Shown here in pieces: positions 15,401 through 30,800 of a stretch of DNA of 64,000 nucleotides. Both the position numbers and the translations under genes were made by a program. A model generated the notes under the pieces. That model had not been told where the DNA came from. It searched no databases and saw nothing but the letters and a program-made list of their open reading frames with translations. Numbering within the stretch: position 1 is the first letter of the stretch; each line of letters opens with the position of its first letter. The DNA comes from Paramecium tetraurelia (lineage: Eukaryota). The DNA lies in the NCBI GenBank assembly GCA_000165425.1, contig CT868452.1, positions 186,001 to 250,000 on the forward strand, read 5' to 3'.

Positions 15401-16079
15401 AAGGAGTGCTGTTTAATATCTAAATAGTTCTATTTTGGGTGTTTTGTGGATTTTGGTAGACTGCAATCTTGTGTTTCTTTGCTACATATGCAATATCTGA
15501 GAATTTTGTTGAAGACAGTGGATTTACTCATCATTTATGGGCCTAAGGAACGATGATTTTCGGATTGATTGTTGTGATTTGCAATTTGAAGGTCTTACTG
15601 TTTTCTAATACCTATACCCCAGCATTGCTAGTAATTAATGTTTATATGATTTAAGGGTAGCATATCCTTTAGTATGATATCTTATCTAATTTCTTGGATC
15701 ATCCTTGATAATATACCATAAGCTGAAGCATATGTAGTTTTTCAATCGTATAAATTTAGTTTAAATAATTAGATTATTTCAAACTCCAAATTTCCATTTC
15801 GGCAATATTTTAGTCATTGCTGCAATTTGTAGTATTGACATTGCATTAAACATTAAACTTAATAGAGTGCTATAGAAAGTGAATCAAAACATGTCAATAA
15901 AAACACCATTCTCTTTGAACAATCTGTCGATTCATTAACCTCCAAAGATAGGTGGAAAATTAAACAACAAAGCACATACTGGATTTGCATTTAATTGTTT
16001 AGATAGAGATGAGTTGGAAGATCAGGATAAAATTGACTTGTATGGAATCGATAATTAAGTATAATCTTAAGATGGATGA
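12455..16079 (+). CDS. P4-type phospholipid-transporting ATPase (flippase)
   Basis: [32 protein letters not shown] phosphorylation site, [39 protein letters not shown]. Confidence 0.95.
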
Positions 16080-16111
16080 AAGTCTTGTTTTATTTTTATT
16101 ATTATATTGAA

Positions 16112-17531
16112 TCAAATATTAATGAATGTTCTGAAGTCTAGGCCATTACCACTATACAAGTACGGGACAATAAATGAATTATCGGCTACTCTTACGTGAT
16201 ATCCGAAGTCTGTGGGATTTCCCAATACTAAAGTATTTGAAAGTGCACTGTCTTGAGCCAATCTTTTCATAATAGACCTACTTACTTAATTTGTGCAGCT
16301 TGGACATTCTCAATTCTACTAATAATACGATTCTATTCAAAGACCACTTCATAAGTATTGTCAGTATTTTTGAGAACTTGTCTGATGAAAGGAATTGCTC
16401 GTTTTGCCTTAATTTTTCATACTACAATAGATACTTGTCCTTATTTTGCCAAATAGAAGAAGGCTGCAGCAACAGCAGGCACTGTCAATATTGTGGAGTA
16501 GTATGCATCACCTCTGTAAAATAGATAAAGGAAATAACCTGCAAAGACTCCTGCCAATATTTGATATCTCAAAACATGATGTTCTTGTGCTTATGATTCG
16601 TAGACTAATTTCTATCCTTTCTCATTGAATCTGTTCTAAGCAAATCCTGATTAGTATTCCTTCTCGTATAATTCCTATAAGAACAATTTGAAATCGTGTC
16701 CATCGACATTTCTAGCATATTCTTGATCTTCCGCTGAGAATTTCTTCGTTGCTCTGTCAACAGTTTGAATAAAGAGTTATTTCTCTTATGTTTTTTGATC
16801 CACCTTTTGACTAACTTGAACCTCGGTTACTTGATTTGCTTCAATGAACGATTTGATCAAACCCACATATCTATTCATTAAATGCTAAAAATACCTTCCT
16901 TTATTGAATTAATAGTTTTGGAAGATCGATTCAAGTGATTATGCTAATTCAGCTGCCAATTGTGGATCTTTCACCTCTGCTTTTATTTGATTTATAACTC
17001 CAGTAGTTCGTTATCTGAATGTTGATTCTAATTGTTCGACATAGCCTCTAAAATATTATATAATCTCTACGGTGAGACTAAATTATCATAATGAATTCCT
17101 TCCAAATAAATGCTAAACAAATCTTGAGCTGCTTATTTTCTAGCTTCGTTTGTAAGTTTGCTGATTTCTGGGATTCTGTGCTGTAGACTTTAGGCAAATT
17201 GCTCTAGGTTTTCGCTGCTCTATTGTTTCTATCGGAATAGTAACTCCAATTTCTCAACGTGAACCTACAGATATATCAATTAATAAACCTTATAATCATT
17301 GGGGTTTGGGAAATTTTAAGGTCGAAGCAATTGCCTCAGTTGGTAAATACCAGAGAGTGATGTCAATTGAGATGTTGTCAATCCATATTTATTTGCCACT
17401 TACTAGAATTGGGCAATTTGAGCTTATTAAGCAGATGGATTTGCAGCCTCTCTTAAACATACATACTCTCTCAAGTATCGTAAACGAGTTGGGTTATGTC
17501 TCATAGAATTTCCAAACACTCTTCTAAACAT
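16112..17531 (-). CDS. Putative mitochondrial inner-membrane protein (Arg-rich presequence-like N-terminus, helical body, TM hairpin near C-terminus)
   Basis: MFRRVFGNSMRHNPTRLRYLRE N-terminus; TMs YQILAGVFAGYFLYLFY and YYSTILTVPAVAAAFFYLA; five tiny introns restore the frame. Confidence 0.7.
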
Positions 17532-17633
17532 ACTTAAGATATTTAATTTAAAGAATAAATGGGATATTTGAGTTTCTATGAATTTATATTATAATAAATT
17601 ATTCATATATATTTCTGTTCACATTACTTTTAT

Positions 17634-20600
17634 TCATTATAGTGGATTGTCATAAATCGCAGCTAAGTTATTGTTTTAAGAAATCGATTAGATTGATTTC
17701 TTGCTCATACCTGAGAGCAGATCATTTGGTTTTAGAGTCAATTTCTTCTGTTATTTATTAATTTGGCTTTGTCTTGATATACTACTTTTAGTCGCAGCAC
17801 CCCCACTTCTATCATCTTGAATGTTTCCATTGCTACCTCCATTGTTTATTAAGTGCTTCTGAAAGTCCTTTGTATACTATTACATAACTTAAAATGATAA
17901 TCAAATCTTACCATCTTCATCTGGGTTCTCCTCCTCCTCCTCTGAATTCTTATTGGAATCATTCTACACTGGTATTCCCTTATTTATGTATTCATCCTCC
18001 TTGTAAATTTCAGTATTTGGTAGAGATATAAATTTGGGTTTCCCATAATCTGGTCTTCTTGGATATTCTGTATCCTTAGAATTCCTAGAAAGGATTTCAA
18101 TATTGTTGTCAAACGAAGAATCCGAACTGAATCCATCACTGTAATGTTCCTATTCCTGTTCTATCAATACCTACAATTCTTTTTGTTATTTCTTCTTTTC
18201 TCCATATCTTTTGAGTGTTTTGAAGGCCATTTGGACAAACAGAAATTGAACTATGGGATTAACGAGGGACACCTCTTTTGATTATTGGACTTATTTCTTT
18301 TTCAATCTTTTTTGGGTTTCTTCTTCTTTTATTAGGATTTTTTCAGCTCCTTCAGGACTTAAGTTAACTTGAACCTTCTTCCACATATAGGATTTCATAA
18401 CACAAAATAAAATCTAATGGTATTTGACATGTCCATTATTATCAGAATAGATATTCATTTTCATTAATTAGGTTGATACTATTCTCTTGGCTTGGGCCTT
18501 CAAAAACAAAGTTTACTTTTGAACATTTTCCTTATTGTCTAATTGTGGGTTAATTCGTTTCCATTCAGCTATTTCAGTCTATAATTTTTATTTTATATCG
18601 TAGCCTATAGGTTTTTCCATCTGTAACATGAGAGGAACAAGCAATTATTAATGCATTTTCATACCTTTGTCTTCCTTAGCAAATTTAGACCAAGATTCAA
18701 TGAACATATTTTCATATTCTTAAAACTTATTTAATGGATTATCACTGTTAAAATAGTTAATTTCGTATTGATCCAAAATTATGAGAATAAAAAGATTCAG
18801 CATAATATATTATTAGATGACAATGAAAATTATAAAGAAAATACAATAATATCCTTGACCATCTTGCATAGTATCAAACATAACTTTGTACCAATCTTCC
18901 CCAGTTGCACATCTAAATAGTAATTCAATAGAATGGTGAAAATCTGAAAAGTTATTAGTATCATCAATGACCCATCCACTTTTTATAGTTCCAAACAAAA
19001 ACACCCCCAAAATAGAAAATATAAAGAAAACCAAAAATAACAATGCTGTTACATTTAACATAGCAGGCAATGAATATATTGCTGTTTCTATCAATTTTTA
19101 TAAGCCCTCAAAAGATTTGATTAATCTAAATAGTCTAGTGACTCTGAGCACTCTAAAAACTCTAGCCAATTGGGGTCCTGCACTAAGAAATGAAATAAAG
19201 GAATTTCCAGTAAAGGAAAGAATCAAATCCAAGATGGATGCACAGACTACAAAAAAGTCAAATTGATTCCATGAATTTCTCATGTAACCTACTGGTCCCA
19301 ATGCAATTATTTTAAGAATAGCTTCACCTATAAAAACAAAAGTGAAGGCAGTATTAAATTATGTTAACACTTAATCATAGAGGATTGGTGAATCATCTTA
19401 GGATAAACCCATGATAATTATATTGAGCACAATGATCATCAGAATAGTGGGATCAAAATATCTGTGTTTTATGATAGTAAAGATCTTTGCTCTGAAAGGA
19501 TTCTCAGGACTAAAAAACATAGCAAGATTCGGACTTGAATGAACAATCAATTTTTAGAGTTCAATCCAATCAACTTAAGGTTAAGTTAAGATCTTGTCTC
19601 TTGATGCTTCCTCAGCCAAATGATAATTGACCAAGATCACACCAATAAATAGATTCATCAACAAGATTGATCCAAATAAGATAAACACAATAAAATACCA
19701 TGAAAACTACAACTATGCTGCTTTTATTGGTCCTGATTCATCTGCATCAATAAACCAATACATCATATCTGGCCATCCTTCCAAAGTTGACAAGATGAAC
19801 AAGGTTAACATTCCATTCAAGATGTTATCAAAGTTTGTCTTTCTGTTTTCCCAAACTCCACCGTTCTCTTTGCATTCCTAAACTCCATAATGATAATAAA
19901 TTTCATCATCACCCATATTACAAAAACTCATTTTATTCTTCTCCAAATTAATACCCAAAATTGCAAACATCATCCATACCAAAATCACAACTATGGCCAC
20001 ATTGAAAATACCATTGATGGATTATAATAATGCTGACACCAATATTTTCATTGATCTATTATGAGTTATAAATCTTAATGGACGCAATGTTCTCAACAAT
20101 CTCAAAATCTTTACAAAACTCAAATTAATGGTTGAAACACTCACATCAATAAATGAAGCAATTACAATAAAGAAGTCTAACACATTCCATGATTCTCTCA
20201 AATACGAACTTTCTTAAGATATGAAACCGAATGCTATTATTTTCATACACATTTCTACTCCAAAAAATGCTGCAAAGAATATGTCTATATCTAAAGAAAC
20301 TTCTTTAAGTTATCCAGTATCTGGAATATAAGTATCAAACACTAACTTAGCTGATGTTAAGAATATCATAGTAAAAATTAGTGTTTCAAATTTATCATCT
20401 TTAACAATCCTATAACATATCTTTCTCACAATATTTTATTGACTGAACAAGTATAACGAATATTAACACATTCCAGGTTCAACAAAATATGAAAATGCTT
20501 GGTTTATTTATTTATGCTTCTTCTAATCATGATCATCTTCATTGTTTTCTAGTTACTATGCAATTGTATGCTTCTTGGTCTTCATCGTTGATTTCAAAGT

Positions 20601-23600
20601 ACTCGTGGAATTTACTGCTTAAGTAGTGTTATCCATTACTGAATCCTATCCAATCTCAATGTTAGTATCCAATCCTGCCTTATCATTCTTGTATTCTTCC
20701 TCAAAATTTTCTAACAAAATAGCTAAAAATAAATTTAAGAACACATAATTTCCAATCATTATCCAAAATACCAAATAAGGAATAGTGATAAATGCTGAAA
20801 CATCTTATACCAACAAATCCCAAAGAATACTATTCCAATTCTCTAAAGTAAGCACTTAAAACACAACCAAAAATGCACTCTGAATATCATCATAACTTTG
20901 TCTGCTTGGAGTCTTCGACAATTATCCACCAAAAAATGCCATACCCAGAAGTGTGAAGATAAAAATAAAGAGTAACAATAGAATCATAATATACATGAAG
21001 GATTAAAATGCATTACTTAAAACCTTTATCAAAAACCCCATAAATTGCAAACTTCTCATTAATTTAGTTACTCTCAAAACTCTGAAAGCTCTAAAGATTC
21101 TTACTGATCTAAAGGCTGACAATGAAGATTTTCCATTTGTGCTTCCTCCCAAAAAGAATAATTCAACTAAACTTAGAGCCACAATAACGGCATCAAAGAT
21201 ATTCATAGTATCTCTCAAATACTTTCTTGGTCCCATTCCCAACATTTTCAATCCTAATTCTATTGTAAACAATATTGTGAATCCAAAATTAAATTAGTTC
21301 GTTATTTCTGAAGTACTATCAGGCAATAATCCATCAAGAGCTAATATCACTGTATTTAATGCAACTGCCAGATTCATTGAAGCCTCAAAGTATCCAGATT
21401 ATACAAAATACAACAATTAGTTTTATAAAACCAACAAGAGTCCAATAAAACCTTTTAAATAGATGTATGTCTCTCTTTTTGAGAAATTAAGAGCCCTCAT
21501 AACAGAATTCATTTGCCTTGCAAATTTTTAATCATAGAATGTGTAATCGGCTATTAATAGTACATCTTCAATTGAAGCCTATGCTGTGATTATTCCCTTG
21601 CTTTCATGTATGTCTTTCTGTTTAATATCAACAAATTCCTAATAGAAAACACCTTTTTGTAATTCTATTTCTTAAGGAGGAAGCAATGCTAACTCGTCTT
21701 AATTAAATTATTTATGCAACTCCACTTAACGTATTTTATTAAGATCGACAATGCAATCAGAACTATCATTAAATTTTTCTCCCAGTTGTTCATAATCTAA
21801 TTTTTAGTTTTATTCATCTCTCTTTTTTCTCTTCTTCTAATTTAACTTTTAATTGGCACTTCCATTAACATTGTTTTAATCTCTATCAATATTATTCTCA
21901 TTTTCATTATCTTCGTCTGATTCTGAATTTCCATTTTGATTTTCTTGAATCTGCTCCTCTTATCCTTCTGCTATTTTCTCTGTAGGTAATTAATAATCTT
22001 CAAATGGATGTATTTCATCAAGAATTGGTTGAACTCTTCTTAAACTTAAATTGGTTTTTTTTGATTTATTTCCAGACTTAAGGTATGCTGATTTTGTTAA
22101 GCTTTTTGTTTTTCCATTGCTAGTTTTCTTTAATTCTAATGATTATTTAGAATTCTTAAAACAATAAGTAATTTTAAAATCTAATTCCTTTATTTTCTTT
22201 TCTTATTCCAATCTCTTCTATTCTAATTTTTATAACATTTGTGAAATCAATATATCATTTACACTGTTGAATTCAGCATCTACAACAATTATTGGATAAA
22301 ACTTAGTATCAAATAACTTGGATTTTAATTTAAGTGATGCCTCATCTAAATTCTATTAGGAATTCTTATTTAAATCTCTAAGTCTTCTATTTTCCATTTT
22401 TCTTTGTCTATTTAATTCTTTTTAAATCTACTTCTAATTTACACTGTTAACATTTGTAACCTTTTCTTCTACTTCAATATCCATCTCTTCTAATCTCTAA
22501 TCTAGTTCATCATCTGAAAGACTATTCAATTCACTCAAATTAACACTATCAAATTCATGATCATCAAGTGATTTTTATGAATCCGGTTTAGGACTGTTAC
22601 GAGGTTATTTCTAGAATTTCATGGCAGCAGCTAAACTGAATTTTTGGTTTGGCTTTATGCTTTAGGATTATTATTTAACTAAACTTATATAATATTGATT
22701 ACTGTCTCCTATTTTAGGAATTTCTAATTTATTATTCACTGGAGTCCTCCCTAATTTGGATTCTCCACTTCTACTACTGTCAATCGATTCACCACGATGC
22801 ACTAACATCGTTCCTCCATTCAATGGTCTGATATTTTCAGATTGAAGATCCATCATTGGAGAATTCATGAACTCTGAACTTAATTGTTAATCACATAACT
22901 AGAGACTCTTTTTAGGTTATTTATGGCCACTTCCACTTTCATTATCAAACATCTATTTTGAAGAGGTTTTATCATCATTATTGCTTGATTAACTACTTCT
23001 TCTGACTCCACTGGATCTCTTAGCAGCAATGCTACTTTAAATATTTGATGTAATCTATTATTATTAGTTTAATTTAGTTTGATTGCCCATTCCATAAATA
23101 CCTTCAATTTTTACATACTTTTTATTTAGCATAACAGGGTGACTATAATAAACAGCTGATTTGATTGGTTCGAAATGGACTTTATTCTTCCCTTTAAATC
23201 TTCTTTGATAAGTATTTTTGATAATGTTCATTTGTGAACCACCTTTTCTTGTATGTTTTCGACGATTCATTATAATATTTTAGTCGAAATCATTGGGTTT
23301 ATCCCAAGTGATACCAAATCCAGCTGTATCTACTTTTTCTCTTTCAGGAACATATAATTTTAATTATTTTAATTATTTGTAATCATATTCTTCTATTTCC
23401 TCTTTTATTTATGCTAATTCTTCCTATATTTTTTCAGGTTTAAAATTTAATTTGATAATTGCGAGAGTTAAATTGACTAAAAAGAATGCTCCTACAAGAA
23501 CCACAATTATGAAATAAAGTACAACAAATTACGAGAATGTTAGCATTACAGCTGTCTAAATTTAAGTCCATCCTTCTAAAGTTGTTATTATAAACACTTA

Positions 23601-24777
23601 TAAGAAGGCGTAACCAAATGTATCAAAATTAATCAAATTATTTTATGGATTTGCAATTTGTTTACCACAAATGAAATTTTCATTGTAAATTGTTTGTTCT
23701 GGAAAAGGACAATTATTATCATCTGCACAAAACAATATTTCTTCTGAAACCCAAGTTATACCACTCTCTTCACCTATACATCTTCGTTTTAAATATCCTG
23801 AAAATAATTACACTCCTGCAATTGCAAAAATTGAATAAAAAAACATCAATACAACTGCAGCATCTCTTAGTTAAGCAATTGATGCAAACAGAGCCAATAA
23901 AATTGTTCTAAGAGCTTTAATTGATGACACAGTTCGCAAAGGTCTTAGCACTCTAAACGAACGGAGTGCATTTAAATTAACAGAATTCGAGGCTAGAAAG
24001 TATGGAATATATGCTGTTATGATAACAGAAAAGTCTAATATATTCCAAGTATCTCTTAAGTAAGACTTTTTAGGAATGATGAACCCCTGAATATAAGTAA
24101 TTTAAAATTACCTATGCAACGATCTTTAGAACAGCCTCAAAAGTATAATATGCTAGGAAAATAAGGTCAGTTAAGTTTTAGAATGGGCTTTAGACGTTTG
24201 TTGTGGGGTCATCAATGGCCAACATAACTGAATTAAACACGATCATTATGAGAGTGATCACTTCAAAAATGGGATGTGTAGTTACCAATTATGCATAAAA
24301 TGACACAAGTTTTGTAGAAATTAATATTTTTTTACGTATGACTAAGAATGGGTACCTAAAATTCATAGATTTTCATTATACTTGTCATTGTAAATGTAAG
24401 CAAGTTGCAACTCATTCTTTGGAATTAATTTGACATATGTATTTATTTTGACTTTGCTTTCTTAATAAGATTATCCGAATTCTTCTTCAAGGTCTTCTAG
24501 AAGGTCTTGCTTGTGATTATCATTTGCTATAACAAAACTCTGTTCTTCTTATTGGTTTGTAGTGGACTACCCGTCGTGTATAAGTTCCTTTATTTTTTTT
24601 AAAATTTCGCGATTCTGCTTTTTCACATATTCCCCATATTTCTATATAGATTACATGCTGTTGAATAATTACCCCATCATCACTAAAGGAATCCTAGTTC
24701 TAGACGGAGATTTCTTGGTCTTCCAAAGCAGTTAATCGCTTTTTAACACCTGCAGTTACTTTGATTTCTTTTGACAT
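17634..24777 (-). CDS. Four-domain voltage-gated calcium channel alpha subunit, EEEE filter
   Basis: Four S4 arrays (e.g. AFRSVRIFRAFRVLRVTKL; ARVFRVLRVTRLFRLIK); P-loops TTLEGWT, LTLENWN, STLEGWP, ATGEDWY. Confidence 0.92.
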
Positions 24778-24810
24778 AATATATATAAAACAAATTTAAA
24801 AATTACAATA

Positions 24811-27800
24811 TCAATCTCCTAAATACTTATTAAAATCAATTATTTATAATTTGTAATCTTCTGCTTCTTCGGCATCGTTTTCATCATCAATTACTTATTT
24901 ACTTGAATTTTCATCTTTGCTTTATTCTTCTTATGCAACTTACACTTTGTACTATTCTCCATTATAAATCTTATTATTTATAGGAATTTCAACAAAATAA
25001 ACTTCTTCGTAATCTGGTTTTTCATACTCATCTTTAGATAAATCATTGTCTAAATACTCTTCAAAATCAAGAGATGAATCTGTTTTTGCTAAAAATGATA
25101 ATCCATTATCAATCAATTTATATTTAGAAATTTCAACAAATCTCTACATTGCCCTAAAACATGTTTAGGCATACAAATAAGAAACTAAAGGGTTTACATC
25201 TTAATCTAAATCAACTCCATAATCTTCTTCAATTTCTGATCTAGTTTCCATTTCTTTCATCATAAGTTTTCTTCCCCCTTCTTCAGTTAAATTAATTTCA
25301 AGTTTTTCTAAATAAGCCTCCTTTATAACAGCAAACAAGACTAAATTATAAGGAATGTTGCCCTAAGCATCGCATTTGAGTTACATATCCATAATTTTGA
25401 AAAGTGTATTCCTTATCAAATCTGCTTGTATATTAAATTTAAGTTGATTTATTTCTTCTTAAGTGTGTTACGGATTGATGTTTTTCCAATCTTCTACACC
25501 CTTTTACACGGATTTGTTAATGTCTAAACCCAATGGTTTTGGTAATTAAAGAACTAGATCAGTCAATTTATTTTAACTAATAATTGCTCCATCAGAGCTA
25601 AAACGAGTCCAAATATCAAGCATTTTGTTTTAGTACTCATCAAATCTATTGAGTGGATTGTCCTCATGAAAATAATTTATGTCATATTGATCTAATACAA
25701 TAAGGATAAATAGATTAAGCATAACAAAATTTTAAATCAAAATGAAGACAACCCAAAATAAAGCATTAAAATTTGAACCATTATTCATCGTATCATACAT
25801 AATTCTATTCCAATCCAACCCTGTTTAAGAAAGGAACAACAAAATGAAAGAATGATGAAAATCTGAGAAGTTGTTAGTATCAGATATAATTTTCCCCTTC
25901 TTAATATCTGAAAACAAAAATACTCCCAAAACTGAAAAAATTGAATGGATCAAGAAGTATAAAGCAGCCGCATTTATGATTGCAGGAATTGAAAAAACTG
26001 CAGTATCTATTAGTTTTTTGAGCCCCTTAAATTATTTGACTAATCTTAATAATCTTATAGCTCTTAAAATTCTAAACCCTTTTCCTATAGATAATCCACT
26101 CTCATTTGTTACATAATCAATAATGGATATAACTACAATAACAAAATCAAATTAATTCCAATTTACTTTAAAATAGGCTAATGGACCAAAAGTAAGAATC
26201 TTAAGAGTTGCTTCTAAACAAAAAATGATTGATATGGCAAAATTAATTTAATCAATTGCATAGAGATATTCAAGATTAGCATCTATTAATAGTTAATTTA
26301 TATTACCATCCATGTACATTCCAGTTACAACAATATTAATGATGATGAATACTGAAATTATTACATCAAATTTTTTGGCTTTGACAATCTTGAAGAAAAA
26401 TGCTTGGATCCTGTTCTTTGGCATATAGTACAAACTTAAATCAGGTTTAGATTCAATGATCAACTTTTGAGTGTCAATCCATTAAATCTAATCCTAAGTA
26501 AGAGAAGAATCTCTGGCCTTTTCCTCAGCAATGTGAAAATTAACTAAAATAACTCCGATAAATAAATTGTTAAGGAGAATCGACCCAATCAGAATAAAAG
26601 TCAAAAAGAATAAAAAGAATTCAGGAGTATTATCCTTCACTAAACCATTTTCAGTTCCATCCTTATAATACAGTAGCTGATCTGGCCAGTCCAATAAAGT
26701 ACTCAAGCAAAACAAGGTCAACATCCCTGAGAAAATATTCTCAAAATTACTATCATAAATTCTCCAAGATCCCTCACACTAAAATAATTATATTCTTATT
26801 TACTTATTCTTTAGTGACATAATGCATTCCTCCATCTCCCATATCACAATAATAAAGCTTCCCTTTGGCAAAATTAATTCCAATTATGGCGAACATCATC
26901 CAAACAAGTATTATGACTATTGCAACATTTAAAATGCCATCTGCAGATTGCAATAGGGCTGAAACAATAATCTTCATTGATCGATTATGAGATACAAATC
27001 TTAATGGTCTCAATGTTCTAAACAATCTAAGTATCTTTAAATAACTTAAATCTATGGCTGCCACACTGATGTCTACAATTGATCCTATTAATATGATGAA
27101 ATCAAGAGCATTCCAAGAATTACGTAAATAACTCAGTTCATCTCCAAGAAATCCAAATGCTATGATTTTCAAAACTGCTTCTGAACCAAATAAAATAACC
27201 ATCGAAAAATCTAACCAATAAGATACAATTTCATAAGAATCACCTAAAGTATAGGTATCCAAAATAAGTTTAGCACTTGAAATTAAAATCAAAATCAGAA
27301 TAAAGATATCAAATATTTTATCCTTCACTGCTCTATAACAGAGTTTCCTGAAAGCACTTTCCTAAGAGAAAACCATTAATGCATATTCTCCTATGCCTTT
27401 CTCTGAAAAGTATATAAAACGTTGAGTTTATAATTTCTAATACTCTTCAACATCATCTTATATTGAAGATTTACTTGACTTTCTGCTGGCCTGAGGTTTG
27501 GAAGATATTGCAGATTCAAAGATCTAATCTCTACCAATAATTATATTATTATCTATTTAGTCTTTATCTCTTCTATACTCTGCCTCAAAATTATCCAATA
27601 GCACTGCCAGAAATAAGTTTAAAAAAACATAGTTGCCTATTGCAATCCATATAACTAAATATAGAAATACAACTATGTTGTTAGCATCAGACAAGAATAA
27701 AGAATAGAGGACGTCACTCCAATTTGAAATTGTAAATAACTAGAAGACAGTTTCAAATGAAATGATAAATGAATTGAAGGTATATCTATAGTTTTAATCT

Positions 27801-30800
27801 GAAATCTATCCTTAAAATAATGAAAACCCCAAAATGGTAAATGTATATAAGAAGAAAAGCATCAAGATAAGCATCCATAATATTTATTCAAAAGCATTAC
27901 CCAATACTTTTAATAAAAATCCCATAAACTTAAGGGATCTGATTAACTTAGAAATTCTCAACACTCTTAAAGCTCTAAAGATTCTTAAAGATCTTAATGC
28001 ACTAAATCCAGACTTTCCTCCACCCTCTTAATTGATAATTACTTCATATAAACTGATTCCAACAATAAAGGCATCAAAAATATTAAATTTATCCTAAACG
28101 TACTATTTAATCCCTAATCCAATTAATTTCAATCCAAGCTCAATTATAAAGATAATGGTAAATGCCAAGTTAAAATCAGAGAGTAAATTATCATTGGTAA
28201 CCAACCCATCTAATGCTAATACAATAGTATTGAATGCAACACACAAATTAATTGATCGATTAAAATATTCACTCTAAATTAGATTTAGTAATTTAACTCT
28301 TATGACCTTAATAATACCAGAAACTCCTGGTAACCAGATTTCATAGATGTTTATAGTATAATTTAATGCTTTCATTATTTTATTCATTACTGCGACTGTT
28401 TATGCATCTATATAATCACTCATAAGTAGAACGTCTTCAATTGAAGATTGTTAAACTAATTCTTGTTATGAACTGGCTTCAGACTAATAAATAATCAAAA
28501 TAATAGATTTACCATCAATTTAACATATTCTTAATAATTAGTACTGGTAGTGATGGTAATTTGATCGTAGTTTAGATAACGTAATTGTTCTTTGAGGTTA
28601 TATTATATTTCAACTTAGCCATACTGCTCTAAATCCACAGCCTAGACTTCCTTTCTGATTAATAATTAAGCTTCTTAAAATGTTAGTTTTTGTTCATGTT
28701 AAATCATTTTTTTATATTATTGTTGTTCCTCTTAATCTTAGAATTTAACCTATTTTTAGGAGCGTTTTGCAGTTGTACTTTTGATTTGAACAGTAGTAGA
28801 TGGATGGATTTTTGAGGAAGATCTATCCTAAACAAATTGTGTTTGTTAATTAGAAAATACGTATTTAACTTATTTCCTTATTTTTCTGTTAATTTCTTCA
28901 TTATTCTTAATGTTCTATTGTATCTTATTCATCTATTAAACTTCTAATACATCTAATTCTGAATTGGAATTGTAAGGTTAAAATGAAACTTCTTTATGGA
29001 ATTTGGTTTTAAATAATTTGATTTTTAATTGTTGATATCTATCATCATTTGCTGAATTGAATGTCTTACTTAAATAAGTTGATTTCTTCATAGTTTTCCT
29101 TGTGAAGCGAGGTTTCTTCCTGCGAACAAAATTAACTTTGGCTAATGGATTAAAAGGTATTTCAGATTTTTATTTTTTCATTAAATTATAATCCAAAATA
29201 CCTAGATCCATTAATTCTTGTTCAACTATTTCACTAGGTATTGAATTAATGATTGAATTTTCACTCTTATCCAAAATAGAAACATCATTCTTAACCATTT
29301 CTAGTTATCTATTCTTAACATTAAATGATCTCTATTTAACATCCTAAAGCATTTAAATTTATTGAGAAGTTCGTGGAGCATATGTGCCATGTTGCATATG
29401 AGTTCTATTAAAGGTGGTAGGATTTAATTGGCTTAATTGATTGTTTGGAGTTAGGAGTCCATTGCTTTAATTTTCATTAGTTAAAACATTATTATGAGCC
29501 TAAGAGAAGAAGTCTTAGAGTTGCTCATCAGTGTCTTTGGGTGTGGTAATAGTTTTTTTAGATTGATGTTGTCCAATAATCTTAAGATCGTTAACGAGCA
29601 TTTAATCAGATTCAGATATTGAAGGTCTTACTTTACGCACAATTTATTTACTGAATTGAGATTTTGGAGATCCAACATTAAGTTCATTTCTTTAATTTTA
29701 AGGAGTAGTATTTCGAGAACGATTATTTGGAGATTTATTATTATTATTTAGAATTGATTTACTTGATAATTGTCTTGTCTAATTATCTTTCAGTAGAGAT
29801 CTATTGGATTGACTGAAAAACATATTGCCCAATTTATTATCTGGCGAGATATTATATGAGAAACTAATATTTTGATCAATAGGACTTTGAAGAATGGAAT
29901 ATCCTCGTTATTCTTAATTGATATTCAGTTTACGGTTGTTTTGGTTGGAAGGAGTAACACCTCCAATAATTGGTTGCAACTTCCTTCCCATTCCATAAAT
30001 CCCCATAAACTTCTTGTCTTGTTTCGTGAATGGAGTGCTGAAATTATCTGCAAATTTAATAGGATGAATTTTTAGATTAGAATTCTAAGCTTGGCTTGGA
30101 TATTTGAGAGTCCGATGTTTGATTTTCGTTTATATTCTTTAGGATTTCTCTCTGAATGTAAATAGAGCGTCACTCTTTCTTCTAGTGGCTGCCTATGCTT
30201 ACAATTTAGATGGCTCATATATTCCCATGATCCTCAATTCCCAATAATCGTAACTCTCTTCAAGCACAGGCGATATAATTAATTTCTGATTATTTGAAAA
30301 GTTGAGTTTGATTATTGCTAATGTCAAATTGACCAAGAAGAACCCTCCTACCATCACCACCATAAAGAAATAGATGTAAACTGATTCATTATAAGCTGCT
30401 ATTGTGTAATCCAATATCTAGGACCAACTCTCAAGTAAGGTGCATATAAACACTTATATTAGTGACCAACCAAAGGTGTCAAAGTTAATTAAATCATTAA
30501 AAGGATTGGCTATCTATTTAACACAATCAAACTCTCCCATACATTGTGAACATACTTCGTCATTTCTAGGAATCCCTGTTTCCAAATTAACACATCTTCT
30601 CTTTAAGCCCCCTCCAAAGAGCAGGAGAGCCACTATTGCAAATATTGAATATGAGAACACTAAAACTATCAATGCATCCTTCAATTAATAAACTGATTAA
30701 AATAACGAGGTCAATATTACTTTCAAAGCAGGAATACTTTAACCTGCATCCAAAGATCTCAATATTCTTATTGTCCTTAAGGCATTAAAATTGAACTTTA

